Below are positions 14,244 to 27,470 of a stretch of 64,000 nucleotides of DNA, piece by piece. This DNA comes from Octopus bimaculoides. Taxonomy: Eukaryota. The notes below the pieces were generated by a model. It made no database searches. It worked only from the letters and a program-made list of their open reading frames with translations, and had not been told where the DNA came from. Position 1 is the stretch's first letter; each line of letters begins with the position of its first letter. The position numbers and the translations under genes were made by a program. Where the stretch lies: the NCBI RefSeq assembly GCF_001194135.2, contig NC_068982.1:168331723-168395722 (forward strand), given 5' to 3'.

Positions 14244-14420
14244 CAACAACAACATCGAAAAATACCTTAGGAATGATAACCCAGGTTTGAAATTTCCACA
14301 AGGCACCTGATGAAGGCTGGAAGTATATCAGCCGAAGCGTTGTGTTAACTACAAGATGACAATATCCGTGAAATGTAAATAATGTACATAATTCCTCATC
14401 TCTTAAATGTAAAACTGTAG
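14157..14420 (+). mobile_element. Headless copy of the 42900-43181 SINE, starting at (AAT)n
   Basis: ATCGAAAAATACCTTAGGAATGATAACCCAGG...CTGATGAAGGCTGG...AATGTACATAATTCCTCATC aligns to the reverse complement of 42900-43083. Confidence 0.85.
14302..14346 (+). ncRNA. Minimal type I hammerhead ribozyme motif (GAAA mutated to GAAG)
   Basis: Stem I GGCAC/GTGTT; CTGATGA plus an extra A; stem II GGCTG/CAGCC; GAAGC-GTT. Confidence 0.55.
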
Positions 14421-15924
14421 AGTTACAGCTGTCTTTAACTGCCTTGCTTTTTAGCAGGACAGTATGGCCATTCCATTTGTCCTTCATTTCTATTTACTAT
14501 TTTTTCGTCTTTCAATACATTTCTTCTATATCCTTCACTTTTCAACTAATATATTTCTGATTTTGACTTCATATTTCCCCTTTCCCCTTTCTTCCTTCCT
14601 CGTATTCACCTCTCCAACAGTAATCCTTTACCCTTCCCACGTATTTTTATTGATGTTTGTGCATCAAATTAATTATGTTCTCTTCTACTATACGTCATTC
14701 GCATTTGCCACTCATTTTTCCGACGTTGATACTGGGCATTTCCAATCTGAAGATATTCACGTATCATGTTTTTGGGGAGAAGATTTTTCCTTATATTTGG
14801 CGTATAAATTTTTACCATATTGTTTACATCTTTTTGCATAACATGCCTTGTAACATTAACCGGTTGCCGAATCTTTAAAACAGGTTTAAACATCTACCTC
14901 CTTCTTGTAATTTGAATATATTTATATAATACCTCATATAAATGATTTACTGAACTGACGCCTCTAATTGTTCGTCTGTTCTTTGATTATTTATTACTCG
15001 CTTCAGCTATATATTTCTTATAGCTAGCACTTTTCTGTTGGACTGTTTTACTCTAGTTAAGAAGTTGGAGGTTAAGAAGCTCGAATTTGGAGCGTAAATT
15101 TTCTACACTCATACCGTCTTCTCACCTACCATGTGTGTATGTCTGTGTGCGTGTATATGCATTTATGTGTGCGCCAGTATGTCACTGTGTATATCTATAT
15201 GCGCGTCTCTGTGTGCGCCTGTGCATTTGTGCCTGCATGTGTGTATGTGTGCGTATGTGAGTGCTTTGGTATGTGTTCGTGCGTACGTCCATCCGTATTT
15301 GGTTAACCAGAATATCTCATTGATCGTTAACACTCATTATTGGGAATTCAGAAATGACATATGAAATGCAGATCGTTTGGTTTCAAGTCTAACACTCTAC
15401 TAGTTTTATTACTAGTTGCATCAATGTATAACTTCAATGATGTACGCCCCTAAAATATGAGTATATATCTTCAAAAAAATTACATGCGAAGGACAATTTA
15501 ATTTCATTGCTTTCAAACATATATAAAGCACATTTCAGGAAATGTTATGGCATATTTAAGAGATGAAGAATATTCGATGGCAATGCAGCGTGGCAATTAA
15601 TTGCAACAGAAAACATAAATTCTTTATGTTAAATAATTGTAAACGTGTTATTTCTTTAAAATTTCAGTCACTTTTAGTAGGAAAGATGAAGTTTTATTCT
15701 AATTTCATCTGTTATGTTAATAGATTGCATAGTAAAATTTTCACATTTGTATCAGAGTTGAAAAATTATGATCAACAAAAATATTCCTCACCATCATCAC
15801 TATCATCACCATCATCGTCATCGTTGACGTCGTCGTCGTCCTCGTCGCCGTCGTCGTCGTCGTTGTCGAGGTCGTCGTCGGCGTCGTCATCATCATCATC
15901 ATTCTCGTTCTTATCATCACTACC

Positions 15925-16070
15925 ATTGGCAGAATAGTTAATGCGTGAAGCAAAATGCTGAGCGGCATTTCTTTTACCTTTTTACGATCTGAGTTCAAAT
16001 TCTGTCGAGGTCTACTTTGTCTTTGAACTTTCCAAGATCAATAAAATAAGTTCCAATCTATGTTGCTTCC
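15925..16070 (+). mobile_element. SINE 5' half (family A)
   Basis: TGGCAGAATAGTTA..AAATGCTGAGCGG..TCTGAGTTCAAATTCTGTCGAGGTCTACTTTG. Confidence 0.75.
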
Positions 16071-16759
16071 GTCATAATTTATCGCCCGACTCTTGTGTTT
16101 TGTCCTACATCTATTTTGACGAGATTAGGACGTCTTCTCTACGTTCTTTTAATATTCTCTTTACCTGGAACCCTTGAAGCAAATATCATAAATTGTTTTT
16201 CCAAGTGTAAACAACGATAGAAATTTGAGTGACGCAAGTTTCGACTTTAGCACACATAACGTCTAACTGTAGAGATACGACATTCAAACGAGAAAAAAGT
16301 ATCATGGCAACCATGAACGGAAAATCATGAAGCTTTACCACCCGAAGCTGTCACAAGGGTACAAGAGAGAATGGAAGTAAATTATATCTTTCACTGCCAA
16401 GACCTGTAGACGTCATCCGTGTTCCACGGTGACATGCGCATTGAGAACTCCTAAATCCAGTGTAGAAGAGTTTATGAGACAAATGCATTGCTTTTAATAC
16501 GTCTGAGTGAAAGGAACAGGGACAGTTAGTGTGTCATTCAGTTGTTCACAGTTTAATATCATTGCACTTCGGACAAAGAAACAGGAAGTTCACCGTAAGA
16601 GACATCGTTGACAGTGATCAAGTCTGATTAGTAATACCGTAATACCAAAAGGTAAGAAGTAATGTCATATTTAAGAACGAGCAAATCTTTATAAATCAAC
16701 ACAAGACCATCAGAAAAATAGCTTTGAAATTGTAGAAAACAATCGCCCCTAAGAGCCGA

Positions 16760-16984
16760 CCTGTGAAAGAAGCTGATGTATCAATTTTACCGTCTATAGC
16801 CAGTAGTGTCATCTATTTGATTTATGGAAGTGAAGAGGAGAGAGAAATAAGTAGGACTGGAGACTGTTAGAAAGGATAGAAAGAAAAATTAACTCGAAAA
16901 GACAAGATGCATCCCGAGAGAAGGCAAGTAAAAAGTGTGTGGAGACATCTTTGTGCAACAAATGAAGGTCTACTGATAGGCATA
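16760..16984 (+). mobile_element. Possible decayed RTE-like LINE 3' fragment
   Basis: Frame FDLWK*RGERNK*DWRLLERIERKINSKRQDASREKA weakly resembles RTE C-termini. Confidence 0.3.
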
Positions 16985-17760
16985 TGAATGGCCTGTAGGC
17001 TTTGAGGGTCATCTATTTCTCTTCTTTTATGCAAGTAGGTTATTTTCCTTTGCGTCAAGCACTCTGGTATTTCGGATGGAATCCGTATTATTTTATTAAA
17101 GATATATATAATATTTTGGTGCAAGACATGTTGGCGTTTAATCCATAAATTTGGAATTTGTTCTATTCCAGGAGATTTTTAGTTATCTTTTCTGCCGATG
17201 GCTATCATTATATTGCTTGCTGTGATGCCCCATTCCTGAGTTGCCGCACATTTCAATTTTTGTTGTTTTATGGTTAGTTCATATGTTTCATGGAGTTTTC
17301 TACTTCCGTATATTCTCTTCACAATGTTTCTAGTTTTTCTTTGCTTTGCAAATTCTGCACTTATTTTCTTTTATTATCTAATTTTCCATAGGGGATTTTT
17401 ATACCTTGAAATATTTGATTTTCTCTTGAATTGCTTGATTCGTTATACAATCTTCCCGTCATATTTGAACAGATATTAATTTTGTAATTTCAAAATCTTT
17501 TTAATTTGAATTTTATGTATTTAATTTTGCATTTTTAAGGGTTGGTGCTGATGTGGTTCTCTTATCCTAGATGTTTTCTCCTTGCAATCTATCTCCTTTT
17601 GAGTCAAACGGATCTGTTTTTTGGTTTCTAGCTTCATCCCTTATTTTTCCACCTACTACTCTGATTACTACAATGTTACGTCTAGTATTTGGTTTAGGTC
17701 CGTTATTCTTATTTTATTTATTTGCTCTGTAATTTCTTTTTAATACACAGTTAATATCTA
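16985..17760 (-). mobile_element. Decayed RLE-clade LINE fragment (pre-RT region and RT start); may extend to about 18300
   Basis: Minus frame KSPGIEQIPNLWIKRQHVLHQNIIYIFNKIIRIPSEIPECLTQRKITYLHK matches the WKxPGxDxIxNFW...IPEWLT motif seen in the 3007-5061 copy. Confidence 0.7.
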
Positions 17761-19189
17761 TGATTAAGGCTTGTTTTTTTTGTGTTGAATGATATTTTCC
17801 TTGTTTATAGTCTTTCTTCGATTTGTATAACTTTTATCTATTCAAACTTAATTTCCTCTATCATATTTTCTAAGTCACTGCATTCATTTATTTTTGTTGG
17901 CATAAATAGTTTATTCCTATTCATATTAGTTGGCAATGTTCAGTGTGAAGTAGCCGGTTCCTTATTTACTGTTGAATTGTAGAGCATACAGTTGCCTTTA
18001 TATTCTATTCTGTTATAGTCAGTCTTTCTGTTGTGTTCTGCATTGAGGGGCTGTGATGTATTATTTTAGTTTTATATTTCAGTTCAATTTTTTTTGCTTC
18101 TTTTTACAGATAATCTTATTCTATTTATTTGAGGGCGCATTTTGGAATTGCTATTTTGCCAGATTTAGCTTGTCGATTCTACAAAACAACCTGAAGGATT
18201 TAATTTGGCAGTAAAGTAGGCTTTTGTTTTGCGGTCCTTGGGTATTCGGCGCCTGTTCATTTCTGTCTAACTCTGTGTTCTTCTTTTGACTGAGTTTGCC
18301 ACGCCGAAATGTTTCTGTATTTATTTACTTATTTACTTTTTATTATAAACATTTTAGGCATCGTGTTGCCATCTTAACACTTGGTTCAACAATACGTGCA
18401 GAATATTTATAAAACTTTAATTAACATCCCTAATGTACTGAAAATGTTAAAACCTTTCCAACTCTCTAGTGGTTCTTTTTCTCAATAGCTTGAATAGACA
18501 GCAATATAATCTTGAGTGAATTTCAAGTAAAACATCATGCGATAAAATTAACATAAATATTAACGCCAAAACCGTGTCTTTAGTTATGTGGACAATGCTA
18601 CTGACAATCTTCCAAACATTATTTCAGTTATTTTTGTGAAGTGCTAACAATTTTCCCATGAGCCATGCGATGCATTTAATGACAATATGAAGGTCACAAA
18701 CCGTGTTTTTGAAACCTATACTTCCTTAATGATATTTCGTTCTTTATAGTAACACTTTTTGTTTCATTTATTCCAATGTTTCCTATTTTGTTCTATTTCT
18801 ATTGTTTTCTTCCTATTTGTTCGTTATTTCATTGTGTCTTAAATTGCTTTTTTCGATTTTGATGTTTATTTCCCCTGCTGCTTGGAAACGCACATTCCTT
18901 TACTAAGGCACTTACACTGCTAAAAGTACCGTATATTGCTGAAAACTTCTTACAGTGCTGAAATCACCATACACTGATGAATGCTTTACATCACTGAGTA
19001 AATAGATGAAGTAGCTTCTTCCCCTCCAACCTTATTTGTACTTATTATTTTCTGTTCCGATCCCGCCGAAGTCAAGCCCCTCCGGAATCGATAAAATGAT
19101 ATACATTTCAAGTATTGGGACTAACGTAATTGGCAACAGACCTCCCACCAGTTTTAGGGCTTGTGCCAATCTTATAAACAGTTAAGGGA

Positions 19190-19480
19190 AGTGGAATGGC
19201 AGGATCGTTAGTGCATTGAACAAAATCCTTGGCATTATTTAGGTTTTAACGTTCTGAATTAGCTCTTAACGTTCTGAATTCAAATCCAGCCAAGGTCAAC
19301 TTCACCTTTCATCCTTTCGGATTTGATAAAAGAAAAACCCAGTCAATTACCAGGTTCAATGTAATTGACTACTCCATCTCCCACAAAGATTGCTGGCCTA
19401 ATGCATGAACCAGAAACAATTATACAGGGCGTCGAGCTAGCAAAATCGTTAACACTTTGGAAAAAATACATAGCGGTAAT
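19190..19480 (+). mobile_element. SINE (family A) followed by a second SINE head; a further fragment lies at about 19060-19170
   Basis: TGGCAGGATCGTTAG..GTTCTGAATTCAAATCC..CTTTCATCCTTTCGG, then GGCGTCGAGCTAGCAAAATCGTTA. Confidence 0.75.
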
Positions 19481-19496
19481 TTTACTTTCTATTAGT

Positions 19497-19498
19497 AT

Positions 19499-19590
<92 letters not shown>
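19497..19590. repeat. (CAG)n(TAG)n
   Basis: Read directly from the sequence. Confidence 0.95.
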
Positions 19591-22076
19591 CTGTTGAAAT
19601 ACATAAGATGGAGAAACTGATAAGGACCTTGTGTTAAAAGGGTAGTAGCAACAATCCACCAGACGGTTCAGTAAAATAAATAGAGCTCGGTTCAAAAATA
19701 ATAGCGTGTATACCTACGAGTTGCAAACCACCAGAAGGATAGTAAACTTTGTTGCTACTACTGCTAGCGATGTCGCTGCTGCTTCTGAAGCACTACTAGT
19801 CCCCTCTAGGAGAATAACTGGAAACAAACCTTATTCTCATCATCAAAACCCGTAGCCTCGGGTGTGCATCAACGAAGTGTGGCAGTATCTCTTCAGTCAC
19901 TACAGGGCCAACCAGAGTCTACAGGAAACGTTTCGAACCTCTCGTTAAGCAAAAGAGGGGGAGCTTATGTAAATTAAGTACTAGTAGAATTCCGACAGGA
20001 TATAGAAGAAGGGCTCAGCTTAGAGATTAAGGGAGCCGAAAATATCGCAGAAAGTCAGCTGTAGAACCTATTTTTGAGAGTTTTATTCCCCATTTCAATG
20101 TTTGTTGAATGGACAAAGTAAAGTTCGTAGAAAAACTAACCAAAAGAAGAAAAAAAAATGAAGAAAATAATTGGGAGAATAAAAGGATTTATTCACAAAT
20201 CTTAGAGAGATAGGAATTTGGTAAAAGAAAAGGTTACTATTCACCAAAAATGTAAAACGTTTTTCAAAATTAAATTGGTCGATTTCATTTATGAACCAAA
20301 ATTTTTGACATATAAAGCCTGCTTTTTGGAGACCAACATACACACACAAAAAAGAAGTAAATTTCAGCGTTTTCCTTTTCTTCTAAATATTTCAAATGTA
20401 TTCACCTTCTCGGCTGAAAATCTCCTATTTCAGGATTCCGATTTCACTTCTTTAACAATTACAGTGAAACCTCTACCTCAATATCGACGTCTAATAAAGG
20501 AAATAAATATGCAGAACTGTCTTCCGTACTTGCTCAAACGAGTAAATTAATATTAGTCATTGAACTACTGTCCACTCCTGTTCACATCAAATTTCTAATT
20601 AGATTGCTGATGCTCTGCGTTAAATTAGATCAGCCCTGCTTAATTTCTGATTATCTTCCACTCCTTAGACTTTTTCCCTATCCATTCATTCTTTAGTTGG
20701 TCATTTTTTTTTAATTTTGTCTTGGGTTTTCCTCTCCTTTCCTAACACCTGTTTCTCTTTCTCGATGTCCTCTGTATTCTCTTCTTATCATCAACATCTA
20801 CGTCAATATATCATTATTTTCGGAGTTGACAGATTGTCTATTTAATTTTATACTTCTCATACTGTAGTTTAAGCCAAAAAGCAAATAAATAAATTTTGCA
20901 GAGAAGACCGAAATAGAGAGCGAAGGAGCTAAAGAAATACAATGGATAAAGAGTGAGAAAGATGACAGAGAGCGTAACAAGCGGAGAAAGTGAGAGTGAA
21001 TTGTAAGTATATAAAAGGAAGAAATAGTGACGGAGCACCTGGAAATATGGAGAGAAGAGATTAAGAGAAGTAAACTTATACGTGTATACATAGACGGAGA
21101 AATGTAAGGAAAGAAAGAGAAGGCTTAATGGAAGTTCTAAGCAGAAATCAAATCATCAGTAACGCTCTGAAATAATTAAAGAATGATCCAATTTTAGTTG
21201 AACAAATAACAAATTAGTAATTTAGATTGTCTGTTAAAAGAAAAATTACCGATTGTGTTTTTCTGTTTACATGTTACCGCTAATGTAAATAGTAATCCTG
21301 ATTTCTAACATTAACACAAGGTCACAAAATTTGTAGGAATAAACATACAATGAAATCGACTTAAGCGTTTCAATGGTAATTATTTATCGAACCTAGAACA
21401 ATGTAAACAGAGCCTGGAGGGGCGTAATTAAATACAGCAAGCCATTTAGTCCGGCAGTCAAACATTTCTGGCATTTAAGATTAAGGTGGTGACATAGATT
21501 TCAAAATAAGTATTGGTAGTTTTATATGTTTTGCAAAGGGATACAAGGGTAAAATATAATCCCATTAGTACCCATACTGGAAATCCTCAATAATAATGAT
21601 TTCGTCATTACCCAAACATCAAAGAGACGTTCATTTAAGGACACTTAAGCGTTGTGCTTCTTATGCGATTCGTAAGTGTAGAGATCTCAAGATTTTACCA
21701 CATCCTACGATGTACGTACCAGACGATTACAAAGATTGAGACTGCGGAAATGAAATCAAAATATTGCGCAGTTCTAGCGGGGATACAACCACAACCCTAG
21801 TTTGTTTTTCTTTTTTTTTTTTTTGGCTTACATCACCTCACCCGTGTCTCCATCAATTTTAAAACCTAGATCAATTTAGACCTTGCACAAGGTAATTTTT
21901 TCATAGATAAACAATGCTGGTAAACTGGCTGATAAAAACAGTCCCACCTAGATTCCAAGTTGCAAACTTAATTGACTTGGTTAGGTTTTGTACTGGTACT
22001 CACCACGAAATCAATCAACGATTTGGCTAATTTACATCATTTACATTTGACGTATATTTGTCCTCATTTTGTTGTT

Positions 22077-22122
22077 AACACAACGTTTCGACTCATATAG
22101 CCTCCAGTCTTCATCAATTGTC
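22077..22122 (-). ncRNA. Minimal hammerhead motif, same family (3' fragment of the SINE)
   Basis: GACAA-TTGATGA-A-GACT..AGTC-GAAAC-GTT-GTGTT. Confidence 0.55.
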
Positions 22123-22130
22123 TAGTAGTT

Positions 22131-22190
<60 letters not shown>

Positions 22191-22646
22191 ACAGTGGCAG
22201 CAGCAAGTGCAGCTGCCACACCAACGAAAACAAAAGTAGCTGTCTGTGTGCAGGTTATACGCTAGTTAAACGCTATGCCCAATTCCTGATGATTTATTGT
22301 GCTATGTTCATTTGGCGGAGGTAGAGACATACAGTCAATATAATCGAAGAAGTATAATGATGTTTTTTGTGTCATGGATGAGTATCGTGTCCACTTTAGT
22401 AAGATTACACTAGAAATGTACCAGCTCTGCCATTACATGAAGCACGTCTTAACACGAGTTGCTTGCTACTTAACACGGAGAATTCAACCATATGGTTATA
22501 TTTCTATTTTCATTTCAATATAATAGAAAACAGAGCAGGTATTATCACACGTTTACCTGTTCCTTCACTACACTTATTCTTACTGTGCATGTATATATAT
22601 AAACGTGTGTGCGTGTATCTATGTAAATGTATGTGTAATGGTAATA

Positions 22647-22785
<139 letters not shown>

Positions 22786-23489
22786 TAATGCAATTATTTA
22801 AAAGAGCTTTTGTTTGTATCTGCGTGCATCATTGTCTGTGATTTCGTTCGTGTTTTTTTCTCTTGTGTTGTTTGATGTGTGCGTGTGTAGGCGTGCATGT
22901 GTATATTTGCTTTTGCAGTTGGTTCTGTTAATGCTTGTTTTGTGTACGTTTATTTTTCGTCTGCGTGAATGTATACATGTGAGTGAGCTGGTATGTCTAC
23001 GCACTTTTTCTTTTTTCATTTCATTGAATCATTGTGTATACCTGAGTGTTTGGAAGCGAATGCAAGTAAACATGATAGAGTGTAGCTGTACGTGTTTTTT
23101 TCTGTGTTAACGATTATATCTCAATCTTAAACCATGGCTGGTTTTAGACATGTGCATGCTTGTTTGTGTTAAGTATGTGTATTCAGATGTTATAATGTTT
23201 ATTAAAAATACAATTGTCATCATGCCAGAAGTTGAAAGTAGCATAACAACTATTGAATTATAATTGGTTAGTTGGACGCCAGCCGGAGTGTCTGTTTTAA
23301 TTTAGGCCATTGATAGCAACCGGAAATCAAAGGTGCAAGTTGTAGGCTATGTGAGATGGTTTAACCTGGATTCGAAAATTGTCAGTGAACTGTTTCACTG
23401 ACGCCTTAACAATATTCTGTTATTGTTTATCTCTACATATTTTATAAACGTTTCTTTCAATTTGTATAATTAATGTAATTTTGTTGTTT

Positions 23490-23912
23490 AAACAGGAACA
23501 AGTATGGATGCTCGCTCTGCAACCACGTAGTTGCAGGTTTAGTTCTACTGCACGGCACCTTAGTGTTCTCAAGTATAGTTTCGAGCTGACAAATGCCTTG
23601 CGAGTGAATTTGGTTGGCGGAAACTGGGTGGAAGCCTATGGTAGGTGTGTATATGTGTGTGTGTGTATGAATGTATATGTATGTGTATATATATGTGTGT
23701 ATGAGTCTTTGTGTTTGCGTTTGCTCCCACCAACGCTTGACTTCTAGCGTCAGTTTGTTTACATCCACGTATCTCAGTAGATCGACAAAAGTGTGAACAA
23801 ATACCAAACTTTTAAAATAAGTACCATAGTTGATTTGATCGACTAAATCCTTCAACGAGGTGCTCTTGCGTGGCCTCATTCTAATAAGTGAAACTAGTTA
23901 AAGATAAAGATG
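23490..23912 (+). mobile_element. SINE (family B) with internal (GT/TA)n, diverged
   Basis: AACCACGTAG..CTGCACGGCACCTT..GGCGGAAACTG..CGCTTGAC..CGACTAAA..AAGATAAAGA tail. Confidence 0.7.
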
Positions 23913-24149
23913 AATAGTTATATATTATTGTTATCATAGCACGTTTAATCGGTCATCGTAGGAAAAAACCATGAAAGATAAAGGAAAGAGAATGATGAAA
24001 GTTAAAGGGGGAAAAATCGTAGATCGTGAATTTGTTATAGAGAGATTTATCTCTGTTGTATTACGTCGGAAGCCAATAAGAGACATAAATATATCATTGA
24101 CAGCGTTACATATTCTTGAGCTTCTTATAATTGTTACTAATTTAGGTAT

Positions 24150-24325
24150 AGAACCAGTAATGTCAAGGGAAAGGTTTAATCGATACCATTACATCCAGTA
24201 CTTGACTGACACCCCGGAGGGATGAATGACAAAGCTGACCTCGGCAACTTGGAACTCAAAACGTAAAAGCCACAACTAATAACAAAAAAGCTTTCCTCCG
24301 ACGGTCCACAAATTCTGCCAATACT
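24150..24325 (-). mobile_element. Decayed SINE (family A)
   Basis: GGATGAATGACAAAGCTGACCTCGGC..GAACTCAAAACGTA..ATTCTGCCA. Confidence 0.65.
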
Positions 24326-25164
24326 CTTATGTATTTCTCGTTAAACAGATTATATTTCATTTGCTTCGTCAATGCTCCGGACAGTAATAAATTTCCTCGC
24401 TCGTTAAACTTTCGAGACATTTAAATATAGATATTATTTATACCTATAGTAAATATCTAAGTATAGATATTTACTAAATGAATTTAAATCTTCTATTGTA
24501 CTTTAGCTGCGAAAGAGTTTAAAAATCTAGTCAAATCCAGGCTCATGTCTAACAAGCTGGTCATACATATAGTTTATTCACTTGACCACTGAATCATTAC
24601 TAAGTACATCACGCTATATGTGTCCAAATTTGCAATATCTGTGATATTCCGTAACATTTGAATATTCAATCAATTTATCATGGAATTAATGAAAGAAAGT
24701 TTTTTACTAAATAAAAAAAGAAAAGAATGAATTTAGTCATACCACTACACAATTTCACTTGCTCTTCACATTATTCTATGTTTATCAAATAATCTTTTCG
24801 TCAAATTTTTCTTTGCCACCCCGAACAAAAATAAATAAATGAAAATAAGATTTGGTAATATATATCTTCTTTTTTTTCTTTTCTAGTGATGTTATTTCAA
24901 TGAAATGCTATTGTGCGTGTTTTATCTATACAATCTAGGCGCCAGTTGGCATTTTTCCTCTGAAATATCTTTCAAACAGCGAATGAAGAATTTCTCGTAT
25001 CAAACGTCGATATGTCTAATTGCGTTAATATACAATTCTCGAAATGATTAAGCCTTTTGTTGATATAACAATGTTATCGCATGTGTGCTATCTTTTACTA
25101 TCTTTCCTCTTTGCGGCACTCAGCAAGTTATAAATGAGCCATTTTGTGTGTGGTATGTGTGTGC

Positions 25165-25220
<56 letters not shown>

Positions 25221-25785
25221 NNNNNNNNNNNNNNNNNNNNNNNNNNNNNNNNNNNNNNNNNNNNNNNNNNNNNNNNNNNNNNNNNNNNNNNNNNNNNNNN
25301 NNNNNNNNNNNNNNNNNNNNNNNNNNNNNNNNNNNNNNNNNNNNNNNNNNNNNNNNNNNNNNNNNNNNNNNNNNNNNNNNNNNNNNNNNNNNNNNNNNNN
25401 NNNNNNNNNNNNNNNNNNNNNNNNNNNNNNNNNNNNNNNNNNNNNNNNNNNNNNNNNNNNNNNNNNNNNNNNNNNNNNNNNNNNNNNNNNNNNNNNNNNN
25501 NNNNNNNNNNNNNNNNNNNNNNNNNNNNNNNNNNNNNNNNNNNNNNNNNNNNNNNNNNNNNNNNNNNNNNNNNNNNNNNNNNNNNNNNNNNNNNNNNNNN
25601 NNNNNNNNNNNNNNNNNNNNNNNNNNNNNNNNNNNNNNNNNNNNNNNNNNNNNNNNNNNNNNNNNNNNNNNNNNNNNNNNNNNNNNNNNNNNNNNNNNNN
25701 NNNNNNNNNNNNNNNNNNNNNNNNNNNNNNNNNNNNNNNNNNNNNNNNNNNNNNNNNNNNNNNNNNNNNNNNNNNNNNNNNNNNN

Positions 25786-25824
<39 letters not shown>

Positions 25825-26315
25825 TGAACACACACACGCATATATATATGTATATATATAGTGTACTTAATTCATGGTTTGCCATATATAAACTCACATA
25901 TTAAAAATCTTTCATATCGTTCCTTTCTGAATGTCGAGTCTCCATTCTTTCACTCAATTTTTCTACCTTCTTTTTATAATATTTTAGTATCAACCATCAT
26001 ATCTCTGTTTCTCTCATAATTTATTACATTCTTTCGCCTTTGTCTCTCTCACCTTCTGACTCTATAACTATATTGCTTTTTCAAACTTTCTTCTGCAGTC
26101 TCACTTTCTCACCATTACTCATTTATTCCTCCTATTTAGCCTCTTCACTCATTTATCTATTTCTGCCGCACATCTCTAGCAGAAAATAACATCTGCACAC
26201 CAAATAATTTTCACTTCCACAATTTGTCCCATCGCTTTTTTTCCCCCCCATCTTGAATGTTTCTCTTCCTTCCATTACATCTCCTTCTCTTTATTTCTTC
26301 TTCTTCTTCTTCTTC

Positions 26316-26350
<35 letters not shown>

Positions 26351-26353
<3 letters not shown>

Positions 26354-27193
26354 TAGTTTTATTTTTATAACGTGCTTTCACTTCACTACCGAGCGCAGCT
26401 CTGTGCGCCTTGGGTATGTGCTGTGGTTTGCTGTGGTGCTCTTATGTTTACTGTATTGAAAGTGTTTTTCGTAGAATGTGTGCAGTACCCAGTAGTGCAA
26501 TTTTCTGTATGTTATATATATTTGTAAGTCCTGGTGTTTTTGTTATGTATTTGTCTGAATATTTTTTTATTATACCTAAGGCACCTACTNNNNNNNNNNN
26601 NNNNNNNNNNNNNNNNNNNNNNNNNNNNNNNNNNNNNNNNNNNNNNNNNNNNNNNNNNNNNNNNNNNNNNNNNNNNNNNNNNNNNNNNNNNNNNNNNNNN
26701 NNNNNNNNNNNNNNNNNNNNNNNNNNNNNNNNNNNNNNNNNNNNNNNNNNNNNNNNNNNNNNNNNNNNNNNNNNNNNNNNNNNNNNNNNNNNNNNNNNNN
26801 NNNNNNNNNNNNNNNNNNNNNNNNNNNNNNNNNNNNNNNNNNNNNNNNNNNNNNNNNNNNNNNNNNNNNNNNNNNNNNNNNNNNNNNNNNNNNNNNNNNN
26901 NNNNNNNNNNNNNNNNNNNNNNNNNNNNNNNNNNNNNNNNNNNNNNNNNNNNNNNNNNNNNNNNNNNNNNNNNNNNNNNNNNNNNNNNNNNNNNNNNNNN
27001 NNNNNNNNNNNNNNNNNNNNNNNNNNNNNNNNNNNNNNNNNNNNNNNNNNNNNNNNNNNNNNNNNNNNNNNNNNNNNNNNNNNNTCTCTGTCTATTTCTT
27101 TCGCATTTAGTTTAGCCCAGTATTTACCATGTAGGGGCTTTTCTTGCCATCGTTTTATCATGGTCCGTTGCTGTTCTAGTTTTAGTTTGGATT
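26351..27193 (-). mobile_element. R4/Dong-like LINE, 5'-truncated copy of the 3007-5061 family, interrupted by an N gap
   Basis: The 3' UTR is clearly homologous to 3007-3240. Frames read IKRWQEKPLHGKYWAKLNAKEID before the gap and VGALGIIKKYSDKYITKTPGLTNIYNIQKIALLGTAHILRKTLSIQ* after it. Confidence 0.92.
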
Positions 27194-27224
27194 TCTTCTT
27201 CTTCTTCTTCTTCTTCTTCTTCTT

Positions 27225-27324
<100 letters not shown>

Positions 27325-27329
27325 TGCAC

Positions 27330-27470
27330 TGTCTTCCGCTCTTGTCTCCCTCTTGTTATCCTCCCGGCTTCTTTACATCGATTCATTCTTCATTCCTACA
27401 GCTCCGTCTACTAGTATACGGCCAGACTTATCATTGAAGTCACGTGTCATAATCCTATCATTCTTTTATT
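27330..27470 (-). mobile_element. Possible old APE-type LINE endonuclease fragment
   Basis: Minus frame RIMTRDFNDKSG resembles the IxxGDFNAKVG motif; heavily decayed. Confidence 0.3.

Noticed and set aside
14490-14900. Possible Penelope-like or other TE coding remnant (minus ORF 14669-14893)
   Set aside because: No diagnostic RT or GIY-YIG motif that I could recognise.
20434-20541. Plus-strand acceptor-like sites (also near 13819, 53756 and 58517)
   Set aside because: No strong paired donors and no consistent exon chain.
21835-21865. Minus-strand FKIDGDTG cadherin-like motif with splice-like ends
   Set aside because: Only 24 nt, with no surrounding cadherin repeat; likely chance.
24447-24476. 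13-bp perfect palindrome arms
   Set aside because: Very AT-rich and short; expected from local slippage.
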